64,000 nucleotides of DNA from Aplysia californica (taxonomy: Eukaryota): assembly GCF_000002075.1 (NCBI RefSeq), contig NW_004797324.1, positions 119,192 to 183,191 of the forward strand, in the 5' to 3' direction. The notes below the pieces were generated by a model. It saw nothing but the letters and a program-made list of their open reading frames with translations. It did not search any database and was not told where the DNA came from. Positions 37,192 to 51,000 of this stretch are shown here, in pieces (within the stretch, counting starts at the first letter, position 1; every line of letters starts with the position of its first letter). The position numbers and the translations under genes are program-made.

Positions 37192-38506
37192 GAGAGAAAG
37201 AGAGAGAGAGAGATAACCCTTCCGTCCTGTTCCCACTTTCCCTGTGTCTCTTCGTCCCTGTCACTGATTACAATTTCCTAGGTACCCACTTCCATTTCTA
37301 TTCCTTTCAAGGTTGGTCTTTAAAGGAGAAGTGGCACCGTTGCTCGGTTTTAAGAGCACACTTAGTTACGCATAAAAGCAGTCCCCACCTATTCAGTAAG
37401 TTGGGTTTGCAAGATCGGCACGGGTCTCGTCGAGGTGTAAGGTCGTCCACGACACATTTTTCAAACTTGCGTCTATGGTGTAGCTGTTAGGCGCTTTGGG
37501 TAGACAATTTTCACTGAGTATCCCGGTCTTTCTGATGAGATATTACATCCCTCTCAGCCAGGGTTGATCCTGACATGCAGGATCGAAACCCCGCATCTTA
37601 AATGGTTTAAAATGTGTGGATAGGCCTTCATTAAAAAGGAAAACAAAAATATTTATCAAATAATTAATTTGCTTCTAAGAGACTGAGTACGCACAGACGC
37701 TTGCTCCTGGCTGTAAGAAGTATAAAAGGGTAAACTTGATTGGTCAAGTACGCGGAACAACACTCACTGCGAGGCTAACAACGGAGTGGCAATGACGTCA
37801 TACCAGGAATACGATTTTGAGATAGGAGACCTTAGCTATTTATTATAATATGAATTGGAGAAATGGTATTGGTTTAATGTCCCTATCAACACTGTTAGGC
37901 TATTTTAAGAATATACATAAATAAATAATTTAAAAAAATATATTACATTTTTTAGAATACGTTTGCTTCGTTCAGGTATGCAGTTGTGATTCAGGGTGAA
38001 CATAAAATCCGAACTCAATAATTGTCATGTTGTCCACTTCGAAACCCTGCTTTCTAAGTTATCTAAATTGTGTCGATGGGCCTATTAAAACACAAAACAC
38101 AAACATACCATAGGCCCGATGTGTAGTGACCCAGGAAAACCAACCCATTGGGCTTGGTTGGTCTGATCTGGTTGACCCCCAAAAACGGCAGGAATTTTAC
38201 ACGATCCGGCCATGTCATTCGATATTATTTTGCAGAGTTTGCTACACCTTTAACATGAGAGAATTGCTCAAGTGTACACTATTCGAACATTCCGACCTGA
38301 ATCACAAGAAACGGGGACGGGAAAAGTCGAAACAAGATTTTCCTGTCAGCTTGTCTACTCATATACTCATATGAACAAATTGCAAAAATTATTGGCCCAA
38401 TGGTGTTTACAAAAACAGAAGAGACACTTGTTGGTACCTCGCAGAACATCGACGTTACAATAGAACAAGACAATATACAATTGGTAGATCAGAATCTGAT
38501 TTTTAT

Positions 38507-39445
38507 TGTTGTTGCTGTTGTTGTTATTGTTGTTGTTGTTGTTGTTATAGATCTAGCAACAGTTGGGCTTTCTCCCTACTGTCTATTGCCATGAAGTGAT
38601 TAGTGCAGGTTTCGTGCTGTTCCTGTAATGTCCCACAGAGTGTGTTGTCAATGTTTAAGTCTCATGGGCAGAGGTCTGGTGTCATTTAGTGCTGTGCAGT
38701 GGTACACGTGATGATCTAAGCCTCATATGTGTAGTGACACAAAGGACACGTGGGGGGAAGTTCTGGTTTTATTCTGTTCAATTAGAAGTTGAGCTATTAT
38801 GCTCTGTTCTTTGGCGGAAGATCGTGGTCTGTTCCTTTCTGTGAAGGTGGTTGATATTGTCATTTCGTTTTGTTGTAGTCAAATGTTTGAAAACAGCTCT
38901 GTCTTTCCCAGGGTCCATTTGTTCATCCAGTATTGTTTGTTGCTTTTGATGATTTGCTTTGCAGTGTTGTATGAAGTCAGAATATTGGGCTGGTCCTGTC
39001 TAGATCCCCTTTTGGCAAGTGTGTCTGCTCTGTCATTTCCAGATTTGTCTAAGTGTCCTGGAACCCACTGCATCACCAGGTTGACACCACGGGAGTAGTG
39101 GGAGCCATACAGTATTTGTGTCAAATATTAGTTTAGATGATGGTCATTTTCTACTGTTTGCAGGACTGATAGTGAGTCAGTTAAAATCACAATGCTCTGT
39201 GTTTTGTCAGGACGAGTGCCAAAAACTGTGCGGAGATAGCACATTTACAATGCTCTTTCAGTTGCCATAATTTCTGCGTCATTGTTGCTGCCTTTCTTTC
39301 CGAAGGCTGCAGAGATCACATTGGAATTTACATCTGGGTATTATATATTATTATATTTCATATCCAGCTTTGGTTGTAGGCCTACCTTTGAATGATGAGC
39401 CGTCTGCATACACGTGTATCCAATCATCTGAATAGCTGGACCTGT
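38507..39445 (-). mobile_element. 3' fragment of an I-group (Ingi-like) LINE with RNase H
   Basis: HVYADGS, VILTDSLS and QWVPGHLDKSGNDRADTLAKRG motifs, a zinc-knuckle relic and an (AAC)n tail. Confidence 0.8.
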
Positions 39446-39649
39446 TAATAGTGGTATCTGTTTAAAGCAAGAAGCATTTGACGTGACACCATGACCAAGT
39501 AACTTACATTAATAGGGTTGTGGATGACGGGATCACGATTTGAAATACTATGTATATACAGGGGGTCCAAAGGTAGGTAGACAGTTAGGGGAAAAAAAAG
39601 AAAACGCGTGAAATTCTGATAGAACTCATTATACCAACAGATGAACAAT

Positions 39650-40220
39650 GTATACAGTTATAAAAAAATAATACGCTTACAATAGAAATATAAAATGCAT
39701 TTACATGTAATTACAAACACAGCCTTCATTCCTCGGATTCTCAAACTGCTTGCCGTTGGTATTCACGCGTTCCACTAAATAATCTTGATGAATTAAGTAT
39801 TACACAAAATATGTAATAGACTTACTAACTTTATACCTACTTTAGCAACCTCCCCTGCCCCCACCCTTGTGGTTTGTTCATGATCCAACTGGTCCTTTAA
39901 AGTAGGCTTTTGCAGTTCTTCTCTGAGTAGTTGTTTATGATTTTTTTTCAACCAGAGCCTGCTTTTAAGAACACAAACAGGGCACTGTCTACTTTTCAGT
40001 TTGACCATCATTTTGAATTCGCTCCATGTCGACCCAAGACAGTGCAATACAGTTATGCGCGTATCTTTATTCAGAAAATTATTTATTATTCGTAAGACTT
40101 GCAGAGAAGATCTAGGAGTGCCTTTGGATTAGTCAATGTGATTCTTTGTTTGAGAAGCGTGTTTGTGCTGTTGATGATGCACTGATGATGCAAAAGTAGC
40201 TTAATTGGTAATATGTGTGG
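39650..40220 (-). mobile_element. Decayed CR1/L2-type LINE 3' fragments
   Basis: Relics of the WNxLP...FKxxLD C-terminal motif (LKDQLD, FKSRL). Confidence 0.35.
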
Positions 40221-41875
40221 TAGGCCCTGGTACGGATTNNNNNNNNNNNNNNNNNNNNNNNNNNNNNNNNNNNNNNNNNNNNNNNNNNNNNNNNNNNNNN
40301 NNNNNNNNNNNNNNNNNNNNNNNNNNNNNNNNNNNNNNNNNNNNNNNNNNNNNNNNNNNNNNNNNNNNNNNNNNNNNNNNNNNNNNNNNNNNNNNNNNNN
40401 NNNNNNNNNNNNNNNNNNNNNNNNNNNNNNNNNNNNNNNNNNNNNNNNNNNNNNNNNNNNNNNNNNNNNNNNNNNNTGGGTGTTCAAGAAGTTCATCCGC
40501 TTGTTTTGTCTCTTTCGGAGATGGACGTTAAATCAGAGACTACAATAAATATAAAAAGCCTTCCGCTAAGAAAGTAGTGTGCTGACTGTAATCACACCAT
40601 ATCATATTCCGTCGTTGTTTGCTTTGTATTTCCTTGGCATTGTTTGCACCGAAATACCGATGACTATGACGATATTGTTAATCTTATCGGTGTTGCACGT
40701 AANNNNNNNNNNNNNNNNNNNNNNNNNNNNNNNNNNNNNNNNNNNNNNNNNNNNNNNNNNNNNNNNNNNNNNNNNNNNNNNNNNNNNNNNNNNNNNNNNN
40801 NNNNNNNNNNNNNNNNNNNNNNNNNNNNNNNNNNNNNNNNNNGTCCATGACAACGCTGTAATGTTATTTAAAAGGCAGAAACTTCGAGGTTAACGTCCAT
40901 CTCCAACAGGACCGTGCCAACTGGGAAAATCCGAGTAAAGTGACTTTTCTAAGGACACAAGATCGGACCAAGTTAGGCCTCGTATCCTCGAACTGGCAAT
41001 CTAAATTACCCAGAGTTTACAAATTTGGTCGCTGCACAGCTCTACATTAACCCCGCCAAAGTAAGTCACATGGAATTGCAGATATTAAGCCAGTCACTCA
41101 AGTGTGTCCGCCGTCGAGCCAAACAGTTGACAAGTTTTTAGGCATATGAAAAGACGGCGAAGTTGAACCCAATCCTAAATCTGGATTTTTGTGCGCTAGT
41201 CCTGTGTGACACATACATGTTGGTTTCACTAGGAACGGGATAGAGGGTGCCTGCCTCGTGACTCGATGGAGCAGAGGAAGATGGGACTGACATTACCCTT
41301 AAAGAAATTACTATGTTTCTTTCTCTTAACCCTTATAGGAGCTTCTACCTCTAAACTAGAATTATGTTCTTTATCAACGTCTGAGTGGTAAGACTATCAA
41401 CCTCACCATCATCAGCAATATCATCAGCACCACAACATCGCACCAGTCCTCCAAATACAAAACTAACAATATCATAACCGTGCTTTGAATATTATAGCTA
41501 ACGTATCCCCTTCGCAACATTATACTAAAAAGTTGGTGTCAATCTGTTAGGATTAGGCATTGGAAAAAAGTGTTCTAGTTACGAGCCTTATTTGTCGAGC
41601 TTCAGACTACAGACAGCTACGCTAAAAAGGAAACATTATTTAAAACAACTAACGTATATAGTACGGGGTTAAAGTGTTAGGTTAACGTTCTCATTTGCCA
41701 ACAAACCAACAGACCATTATAAAAAATATGATAGAAGTACTTTGTTGTGTGTAGCCTGTATGTGTTGACTAACTTGTAGCCTTGCAAACGCTAAGGCCTG
41801 GCGAATTAGGAGATGAGACGGCAGCTTACAAACTAATAATTTTTTTAAAATATCTGTGGGTTGTGTAAGGAATGA

Positions 41876-42178
41876 AGGTCAGGGTTCAGCTATCAGAGTT
41901 GGTTCGCAGTCACGACTGTCCTGGCCCGCTCTTTAACTGTACGACTAGGAAGGGAAAACCTAGACAAAGGCGTCAGCTTCTCATTAAAATATCAATCAAA
42001 CAGCGAATGTGAAATAAAATCGCCACATTGTATTCTATTGAGTATAAATAACGCTGCAACCACCCGCTGCCCTAAGTTGTTGACGTGCTGGGAAACCATT
42101 GTATCTGGGCGCTGTAATATTTTGTTGCCGTGAAGCGCACAGCGTTCTTCAGTTCATAGCGATATCTACCGCAGTAAG
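41876..42178 (+). promoter_or_regulatory. Candidate SLC22 promoter and non-coding first exon (DR1, TATA, donor)
   Basis: AGGTCA-G-GGTTCA at 41876-41888, TATAAATA at 42043 and donor AAG|GTAAGG at 42179. Confidence 0.5.
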
Positions 42179-42385
42179 GTAAGGCGTTCCACAATTTTAG
42201 AATTTTACTTTCGTTAAGCTCTTCGCGAGTACCTGTCCTCGTCGTGTTGTAGTTGTTGTGTGTATTATCGTTCCTTTTGTCGAAACGATACCCCAATACA
42301 ACAACAGAGACTGTCTACAGAAAACCTTCAGAACTCTCCATTCTTTTACCAATTCTACAGTGAAATTTGTGTTCACATTATGTAA

Positions 42386-42635
42386 AGCACGCCACTCACT
42401 ACGCGGTTCCCGTTCTCAAGATGGTCTTAAGGTGGTCTCAAGATGATCTTAAGATGAGCTAACGATCGGATCCGTGAGCGATCTAATTTGTGCCCACACA
42501 CTACACAGATGAGCTGATTATCAAAATGGTCGTTTACAATAACAGTGGATGTGGTGCACTCACACATACGCGCAACAAGACAGGACATTAGAAAAATACA
42601 TGTCTCACGTGCTGAAACAACCCGCTCCGAAAACA

Positions 42636-42708
<73 letters not shown>

Positions 42709-43425
42709 TCTCTTTGTCTTTCTCTACCTATGTATCTATCTCTATATATTTTATTTGCAGCACTGTACGTTCAGTAACCTCGTTGCAGTTGGTACAAATT
42801 AATTTCTATATCTGTCTGTTCTTGAGGGATTGTGTCAGATTTTGTGTTGTTCAGATTAACATTATATTATTGTGGTCTGCCTGTCAAAAATTCCAGGATT
42901 AATGCTGCGATATAATGACAACAATTGACTCAATTGTTATTAAATGACAATATGTGGTTGAATTGTATTGAATACCGAGGAAAAATTAACAAAAAGTACC
43001 CTCGTATACATGATTTTCCCTCAGCATTCAATACAATTCAACCGCATAGATCTACTGTCTTTGAAAGAAAAAATCTAGCTGGCTCACGCAAAGAATAAGC
43101 TATTAACATTACTGCATCAGACGTTTGATAGCAGTGTTTCGTATGAAATCCCAATAGAATTTGACGCTGATGAAGATTCTGAAGTCAGATTTGCAAACTT
43201 TTAACGTTGGCACCCTTTTATTTTTTGGCGTCAAGTACCCTCATCTCCAATCCGTCAGATAATTTTCAGGCTCGTTCTGAATTCAAGTGATCTCTCAGTT
43301 TGTTGAGATTTTTAACTGAGCAATCCGGATTTTGATCTTGAGATCATCTTGAGATCGCGTTCAGTTGGTCTTGAGACCATCTCAAGACGGGCGCACTTTT
43401 TTAACTGCGTAGTGAGTGGCGGGCT
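42386..43425 (+). mobile_element. PIF/Harbinger (Tourist-like) MITE
   Basis: TIR AGC(A/C)CGCCACTCACTACGC(G/A)GTT at both ends, TAA TSD (42383-85 and 43426-28), and subterminal TCTCAAGA/TCTTGAGA repeats. Confidence 0.8.
42951..43048. mobile_element. ~98-bp hairpin mini-MITE nested in the Harbinger MITE
   Basis: ~36-bp arms TATG(T/C)GGTTGAATTGTATTGAAT..GAGG.AAAAT, with TA at both ends. Confidence 0.65.
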
Positions 43426-43789
43426 TAACGTCTTATTACTTTGTGTCTTGAAGGTTGTCCACAGCCCAAAGAACCTTTACAAGCTAGATCTAGTTCTTGT
43501 TTTTTAAATTAATATATTGAACGCCATTATAAACACAACGTTTTCAAAAAGTTATTAAAAAACCAAATATGCTCTGATCGTTACAATTTTTTTGAGACAC
43601 AAGTGAGTAGTTGTTAGTCCACACACCCATGCACGAATTTTGTTATTTTCATGAGTACTTTTCATCTTTCATCACAATACAGTAAAATATACTTTACTAA
43701 AATGTGTTCATCATTTGCTATATCATAAAAGAATACAAAATTAATTATCTGGAAGATGACCCGTAGTGTGAGGTACGGAGCAGTAAGTT

Positions 43790-44203
43790 CAGGACTTAGA
43801 TCAAGAACGCCTTATTTAGGACTGCAATTAACGAAGCCGCGACGACTGCGCCGTCTTCAAGGTGCCAAACAGCACAAAGAAAAAATCAGAATCTCTCAGT
43901 CATCCAACACGACACTCCTGCCCTTACACTGTCCATTTAGCAAACAAAACAGTTTCTGGAAGATCATAACATGAATGTCCTGGACTGGCCAGTGTACGTA
44001 CCCGACATGTCTCCAACAGTGCACGTATGGGATGAACTGAATCGCAAAGTGTATGTCGATTTGCGAATCTGCAGCTATTGGAAGATCGCGTTGTCGCGAA
44101 AGTGGGACTGAATTTCTCAACAAAACATTGAAAATGTTATAAAATCTATGTGAAGAAGTGTTTTGGTCTCTTTAAATGTTAATGATGGCCATACAATTTA
44201 CTA
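43790..44203 (+). mobile_element. Tc1-family transposase remnant (internally deleted)
   Basis: GLRSRTP...LT..RRLRRL..AKQH, then VLDWP..PDMSP..HVWDEL...GHTIY*. Confidence 0.75.
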
Positions 44204-44691
44204 AGGGTAAGAGATCTTTACTGAGCTTCGATTTGTGTTTATCAGCAAATTTGTCTTAAGGGGGTACGCCGAGAGAAGGAGGACAATGTATCGAAATCAT
44301 TTACGTTTGTAATCAAAATGGTTCACATTTGTTGGAAATTGAATAAACTTAAAAAACATGTCTTTTAATCTGTATTCAATTGATACAAACGTGTTCAGAC
44401 TGTGCGAACGAAGTGTTGCGTTTTTAATGGCGTTCAGTATAATATACTTCCCTTCATGCTTACCATGGCACTGTTGTCTATTATCAATTACAGCATTGTA
44501 GTTCTTATTGCACATTCAATGTAGAGGGTTGGGCATACAATCTTCCAGGGGGCAATTCTGATTAATTAAAGACAAAAAGCCCCCCCCCCCCCCCAATTCA
44601 TTCCTTTACTTGTTTATTCATTCATTCTTTCATTCATTCTTGCATGCTTACATTTTTGCATCCATTCACTCATTGTTGTATTTCCTAGGTT

Positions 44692-44753
44692 ATTCATTCA
44701 TTCATTCATTCATTCATTCATTCATTCATTCATTCATTCATTCATTCATTCAT
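44692..44753. repeat. (ATTC)n microsatellite
   Basis: Seen directly. Confidence 0.9.
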
Positions 44754-46549
44754 AATTTATTATAGGTCCAGCGGAATGGGTTGCAGGGCGTTGGCTTGAT
44801 TGAGGAGGCAAATAAATCTTGAGAAAAGTACATCTTTTCTTCAGGCTTCCATACCTTCTATCTGTTGATGGCTACAAACTCACAAAACTGACCAAATTAT
44901 TGTTGACGTCCTATCAAAGAAATTCAGATCGTTTGGAAGGCTGGCTTCCTGTCAGGACCAACCAAGCTGAGTGGAAATACAACAACAACAACCCCCCCCC
45001 CCCCCGAAAGACTCATTATTACTCCCAAGAGTGAAAACATCTCGTGCCTTTTACATGTACAACCTTAGCTGAATAAAAAAAAATAATCGGCACAATGTTT
45101 TTTCCCGAAACACTCGCTAAAGAAACGTGAGTTTTTTTCTCATTATATTTTGAATGCGCTGTGAGTAACTCCTTTCTCATGTTGATTATTGTCTAATCAG
45201 GGTAAATTCTTTCAGAATTTTGACTAGACTGTTATTTGGTGATGAGGATGGCAGAAGGAAGGGCATCATAGTCCCTGTTTTGCTTTACTCTCTCCGTCTA
45301 TATCTAAATGCCCAATCTATAACATGAAGCATGTCTTTCTAAAATTCATTCAAGCCCCTCCCTTCTGTCTTTCAGCTAATACACTTTTTCTCTACTCAGT
45401 TTTTGCCTTTCATTTGCAGATTTTATGGCATTTTTGGTCACTGGTTGCTAGTTTGTGTTGAGAAAATCCCACATGGTCATCTCAATAGCACAATAATACA
45501 ATAATTACGAAAATAATATATTAGGGAAGAGTCGCTGTTTTGATATAATCAGACTGTTGTCAATTAACTAGAGGACCCCCCCCCCCCAATATTTCTTGTT
45601 AAAACTTACAGACGGCCCACCGTGAAATGTCAGTCCGTCACAGTCTGTTCGTCACAGTCTGTTCGTCACATTCTGTTCGTCACATCTATTTCTCGACATA
45701 TGGGGCCCGATGGAGCAAAACCGTCAATGGTTTCAAGGAGGGCGTATCTTGAATACAGAGAAAGTGAAAGGAAAACAAAAACGAACCTTTCTATATTTTG
45801 TGACAAAACTTTTTTGAAAATTTGTGTGACGGGTTGACATGTGGCATGTCTATCAGAGAGTTCTGAAATGTTGATAAAATCAAACAAAATACTTCCCAAC
45901 CTCATTAAGATTCAAATTCATGTAAGAGGAATAGCATACTAAGGCTTGAGCTAATATGTTACCTAAAACAACTGAAGTTTAATTTATGTGAGAAATAAGA
46001 GGGTGAAATGCTCAAATGTGTGTTTTTATAATGATGGCTAAAAGTTGCAATACTGCAGAAAGCAAGTTGAAAATTTAAAAAAAATCCCTGTCGAATCAGT
46101 TAATTTTTGTTGATGGTGTAGAAATGGTAGATCTATACCTACACTCCTATTGTCTTTTTGTTGGTCTTAGGAGTATTTCAATTTTGACCCTCTGGTTGAC
46201 ATTTTCAGGGAATTGCTCATAACTTATCTACTTTTGTAAAAACTCTTTGAAAGACATAATCCTATCAGAGGTAGACCAAAGGTAATTTTAAACCATTACA
46301 TTCAAATCAGGAACATGAATATATGCATATTTCGTAGTATTATTACGTACGTTGTTACATGCTTTTTTCTGTTTTAGATAAAGGAAACAGGCTTGAAAAG
46401 TCTGTACGAACAAAGAAGGTAATTACAATATTGTTCTCTTCTTAACTTTTCATCTATGTGGGGAGCACTCTGCCGGTACGAAATCTAAAATTGACACATG
46501 TGTCACTAAACTGGCCCTTAATAAATTGTTAAAAAGTGATAGGTAGTAG

Positions 46550-49076
46550 GTGGTCCGCGCCTGACAGGCTGCGTTTTTCCTGCTCTGTAGTGTCTGTGTC
46601 TTTTTCATATCTTGTGGATGGATTGTGGTTTTTCAAGTTGGCTTACAGGATAAATAAGAAATACTTGTGCTTTTTGTGTTATTTTTTTTTTATTAGTGCT
46701 TGATCTCAAATTACCAACCATTTGCCAGAAATATATTTCGTTATGGAAGTTCTATCCTTGGCTTTGGCCATTTTCAACATTTACAGGATTGTGTGGAAAG
46801 CTGTGTTCACCACCCAACCCCACCCCGTTTATAATGTTAACAGCTATGCCAACACTTTTCTGAATAATGGAAGTGAACACTGTCAAGTTGTGAGTCCGGT
46901 GTGTGTTGTGAGTCCCCGTGCGGGATCTACAAAGGTGTGCTACACTAGAGACCAGTTATTGTCTGTAAACAAAAAGACACATGACATTTCATATAAAACG
47001 ACCGTTTGCCTATCTCAGTTTGACCTTGAAAGATCTCAAGACTCAGCCAGAAAAGTTTAGAAAAACAAGAGATGGAAACGAGGAGGTAGAAGAAAACAAA
47101 GACCAATCATTGTTGTCACAGAGAAAAGGTGTGTTAGTTAAAATGAACCTCGAAGCGTCATTACTCCCATGAACTTAATTGCCGTTGACACAAAAAACAC
47201 CGTAACGGAATTGACAAGTAACCTTAAAATTAGAACACACAGTCAACCTAAAAAAAGACCGTCTTACTCAATGATTTAATACTTGAGTCCAACTCCGATA
47301 CCGCATTTTTTACGGAGTCATGGTTGCGGAACGTCGGAGATGAAATCATTATTGCTGGCTAACTCCACCGGGAAACACGTCCATCTCCGTCCCAAGAAAT
47401 GGTCGAGGGGGAGGGATATGCTAAACATCACTCCAAAGAAAAAGCCCTCCTTTAAAACGTTCGAATGTTGTGAGATCAGTCTACAAATCGAAGGGTGTCC
47501 CGTCATTTTGTCTGTGTCTATCGACCACCTCCCAGCTGGAGAAACAAACTGAAAACTAAAGATTTCATTACTGAATTCCAGGATTTACTAGACCTGCTTA
47601 CCACCAAGAAGACACAGCCTATAATTTTAGGGGACTTTAATTTACATTTTGAAGATACCTTAGACACTAATGTTAAATCTATCAAATCTATTCTAGAGAC
47701 TCGTGGTCTCTATCAACACATTGATCACATGTACGCAGACGATACACAGTTATATAAATCTGTTCCACCACCAGATGTTAAAACCTTGCTTACTACCATG
47801 GGTCTGTGCATTGATGACGTCAAAAAGTGGATGGTTGATAAAAAGCTCCAGCTTAATGAAAATAAAACGGAAATTCTTTTATGTAACCCAAAGAAAAGTC
47901 ATATCCCCGTAGACAGTGATCATATTTGTACTGAAAATGAAAAGCTGTATTTTACTAATAAAGCAAAAAATCTGGGAGTGTATTTCGATTAAAAATTGTC
48001 AATGGAACATCATATCAATTATTTATGTACCATTTTATTTTGTGAGTTGCGTAGAATTGGTCATATGTCTATGTTTTTGAATGAACACTAGTTGAAAACG
48101 CTCGTGTCGTCTTTCTTGTTTTCACGCATGGATTATTGCAATGCTTTACCAGCTAACTTACCAAATACCACTCTTCACAGGTTACAACGTTTTCAAAATC
48201 ATGCTGCTAGGCTTGTACTAAAGAAAAAGAAGACGGACCACATTACTCCCATGTTAAGAAAGTTGCATTGGCTTCCCGTGTTAGCTAGAATATCATATAA
48301 AATTGCAATATTATGTCATAAATGTGTCAATAACAAAGCTCCCTCATATCTTAATGATCTCATCCAGATTTATGTTCCATCTAGATCCCTAAGATCAGGC
48401 GATCAGTACATTTTAAGAGTTCCTAGAAAAGGGGGTAAAAAATTTGCCGAAAGATCGTTTGCCCACCTTGCTCCATCAGTTTGGAACTCTCTTCCCCAAC
48501 CCTTGAGACATACAACATCTGAATCTAAATGTAAAAAATCTTTAAAGACACATTTAATTACATTATTTTTATGTCAGTAGATTCATATTCAGTACAATGT
48601 TATGTAAATGACTATGTATCCATATAAGTATTCAGTGAATTGCATTGTGTATATTATTGTATTATATATGTGCTCATTTCGTGACGATGTGTAAGCGTGC
48701 ACGCNNNNNNNNNNNNNNNNNNNNNNNNNNNNNNNNNNNNNNNNNNNNNNNNNNNNNNNNNNNNNNNNNNNNNNNNNNNNNNNNNNNNNNNNNNNNNNNN
48801 NNNNNNNNNNNNNNNNNNNNNNNNNNNNNNNNNNNNNNNNNNNNNNNNNNNNNNNNNNNNNNATAAGTGCGTGTTATGTGTGTGTGAGTGCGTGTGTGTG
48901 TGTGTGTGTGTTTGTGTGTGTATATGTGTGTGTTTGTGTGTGTATGAGTGTGTATGTGTGTGTGTGTGTGTCGCGTGCGTGAATATTGTTCGTACATGCA
49001 TTTATGTAAAGCGCCTAGAGCTGTGTTCACACGGGAGTGGGCGCTATAGAAATGATCTTCATTATTATTATTATTA
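46550..49076 (+). mobile_element. L2-clade LINE with large internal deletion
   Basis: YTRDQLL, TESWL, CVYRPP and ILGDFNLH endonuclease motifs joined to HMYADDTQLY. Then SRMDYCN...LHWLPV...WNSLP...LKTHL, and a 3' hairpin AAAGCGCC..GGCGCTATAGAAAT + (ATT)n. The 5' boundary is approximate. Confidence 0.88.
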
Positions 49077-49351
49077 CCTATTTCGATAGTTCTTCACCAA
49101 ACGAATGATCTCCCGGTAAAAGAGACCTGTTTTCAGCAATTGCCGAAAAGTAATTTGATGTCGAAGTCGTCGTAAAGGAATGTGCCCCAGCCGCTGTCAG
49201 TAGCTCACCGGCACAGGGGTTTCGACCGCCCAAACTGCGCGTCTTCTTGCGTTGTCGACCTGCCAGAATGCGTGTTCTCCTCAGTAAGATGAATTAACAT
49301 TTCTCTTTCCAGATTGCTCGATGAGCTGATGAGAAACAACTCATAAAAAAG

Positions 49352-49497
49352 ATGACGAAATTCGACGATGTTCTAGAACAGGTTGGAGCTTTTGGAAGGT
49401 ACCAAGCATGCCTGCTTGTGATGTTCATAGGCGTGGTGCTGCCAACGTCGTACAACACTTTTCTCCCACTCTTCGTGCTCACCGCTCCCAAACACAG
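49352..49497 (+). CDS. SLC22-like: SLC22 / organic cation transporter-like (MFS), coding exon 1
   Basis: MTKFDDVLEQVGAFGRYQ...PKHR is the SLC22 N-terminal signature. Acceptor TTCTCTTTCCAG at 49312 and phase-2 donor AG|GTCAGG. Confidence 0.93.
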
Positions 49498-51000
49498 GTC
49501 AGGCACATCACTGTTGGTTGCTGAGCCCCAAATTGTCCCTGCGAGACATACCTGGGGTGGGGGGGGGGGGGGTTAGGAGAGTACGGATGAAATCCTTAAA
49601 CTGAGAAGTGTATTCATGACAAGCTATCTTGCTGTGGGATAACAGATAGGGTTTTTGCTGAGAAAGGGAAGGAAGGAGGGGAAGGGGCAGTGGCGGTGGG
49701 TAGTGAAGGGCTCACGGGCTTGAGCCTCTTCACCCTCCCCACTCACCACCCCCAACTTTATCGCAAAGTAAACGAACGTTTCTCCATAATGAAATAAGCA
49801 TTTGAAACCGTTATGACCGGACGCAGTGAACACAGAGTGATCAACTCGGCGACTTGCTTGTTTATCCAATCACTGTTGTCACCGCTTACAACTATAGTGA
49901 CCCAGTAGCCAATCGAATGTTTGTATGGCTCAGCAAAGGTTGAGCCCTTTCCCATGTCCCGTCCTTAATGAAAGTCTTTTTGTATAAAAGGTAAAAGACT
50001 TGAATAAAGAACACTGTAAAGAGGGCTCACGCTCTCCTAGCCCTGACAATGGGGTGAAAGTTTTCGACACTTTCCCCCAGTGACACAGATACCTATGCGC
50101 TCATTGGTTCTCTGGTGGATGCGTTCAACTTTCTCGACGACATGGCCTAATCCAGCTCATAGAAGTAATATGTTTGAGGAGCTATGTGTGCACGTTTGTG
50201 TTTGTGCCGCTGATATTTAACTGTTATAAATCAGGTCAAACTACTTTTAAGGCAACTTTGTCATCACATGAAAATTAATAAGAAACAATTTGGAGGTGAA
50301 TCGGCTTCGTCCCCACCATCAACAAGAATTTAACTAAAAACAAAGAGATGGAAAACGGAGGTGACTCTTCTCGTTTGAATGGTTCTCAAAATGACGTGGC
50401 GCACCGTGAGTATAGAAAAATCATCACTGTTTAGTTCTTATTGCTTGCTATTTGGTGGTAAAGAACTGGAAGCAACCTAAGACCCACCCAAATTTTGGTC
50501 CACCCACCGCCACTTGGAAGGGGGGAGGGGGGTGCTGCTTCTAGAGAAAGATGACATTAGTCCCAGTTTATAACGCATAGGCAGTTAACCGTAACAAAGT
50601 CTTCTTTATCTGGCTTCGGGAAAATGCTGTTTCCGAAGTGCACGTTTGTGCATGATACGCCATCCCTCATTTGCTTGCACTGCGCTGCGGCGTTGGCTTT
50701 GGATCAAGGGCGTGTGTATNNNNNNNNNNNNNNNNNNNNNNNNNNNNNNNNNNNNNNNNNNNNNNNNNNNNNNNNNNNNNNNNNNNNNNNNNNNNNNNNN
50801 NNNNNNNNNNNNNNNNNNNNNNNNNNNNNNNNNNNNNNNNNNNNNNNNNNNNNNNNNNNNNNNNNNNNNNNNNNNNNNNNNNNGTGCGTGTTTGTTTGTT
50901 TATACGTATATAATATGTGTGTGTGTGTTTCATTCAACCTTACAACTGCTTATGAATAGTGAGGTACGCGTCGTGCATACATGGCAATGTCACCATGTAG

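Noticed and set aside
49326-49362. Hammerhead-like CTGATGA...GAAA
   Set aside because: Stems II and III cannot be formed with correct spacing. The same applies to the other CTGATGA sites checked (e.g. 37532, 43167).
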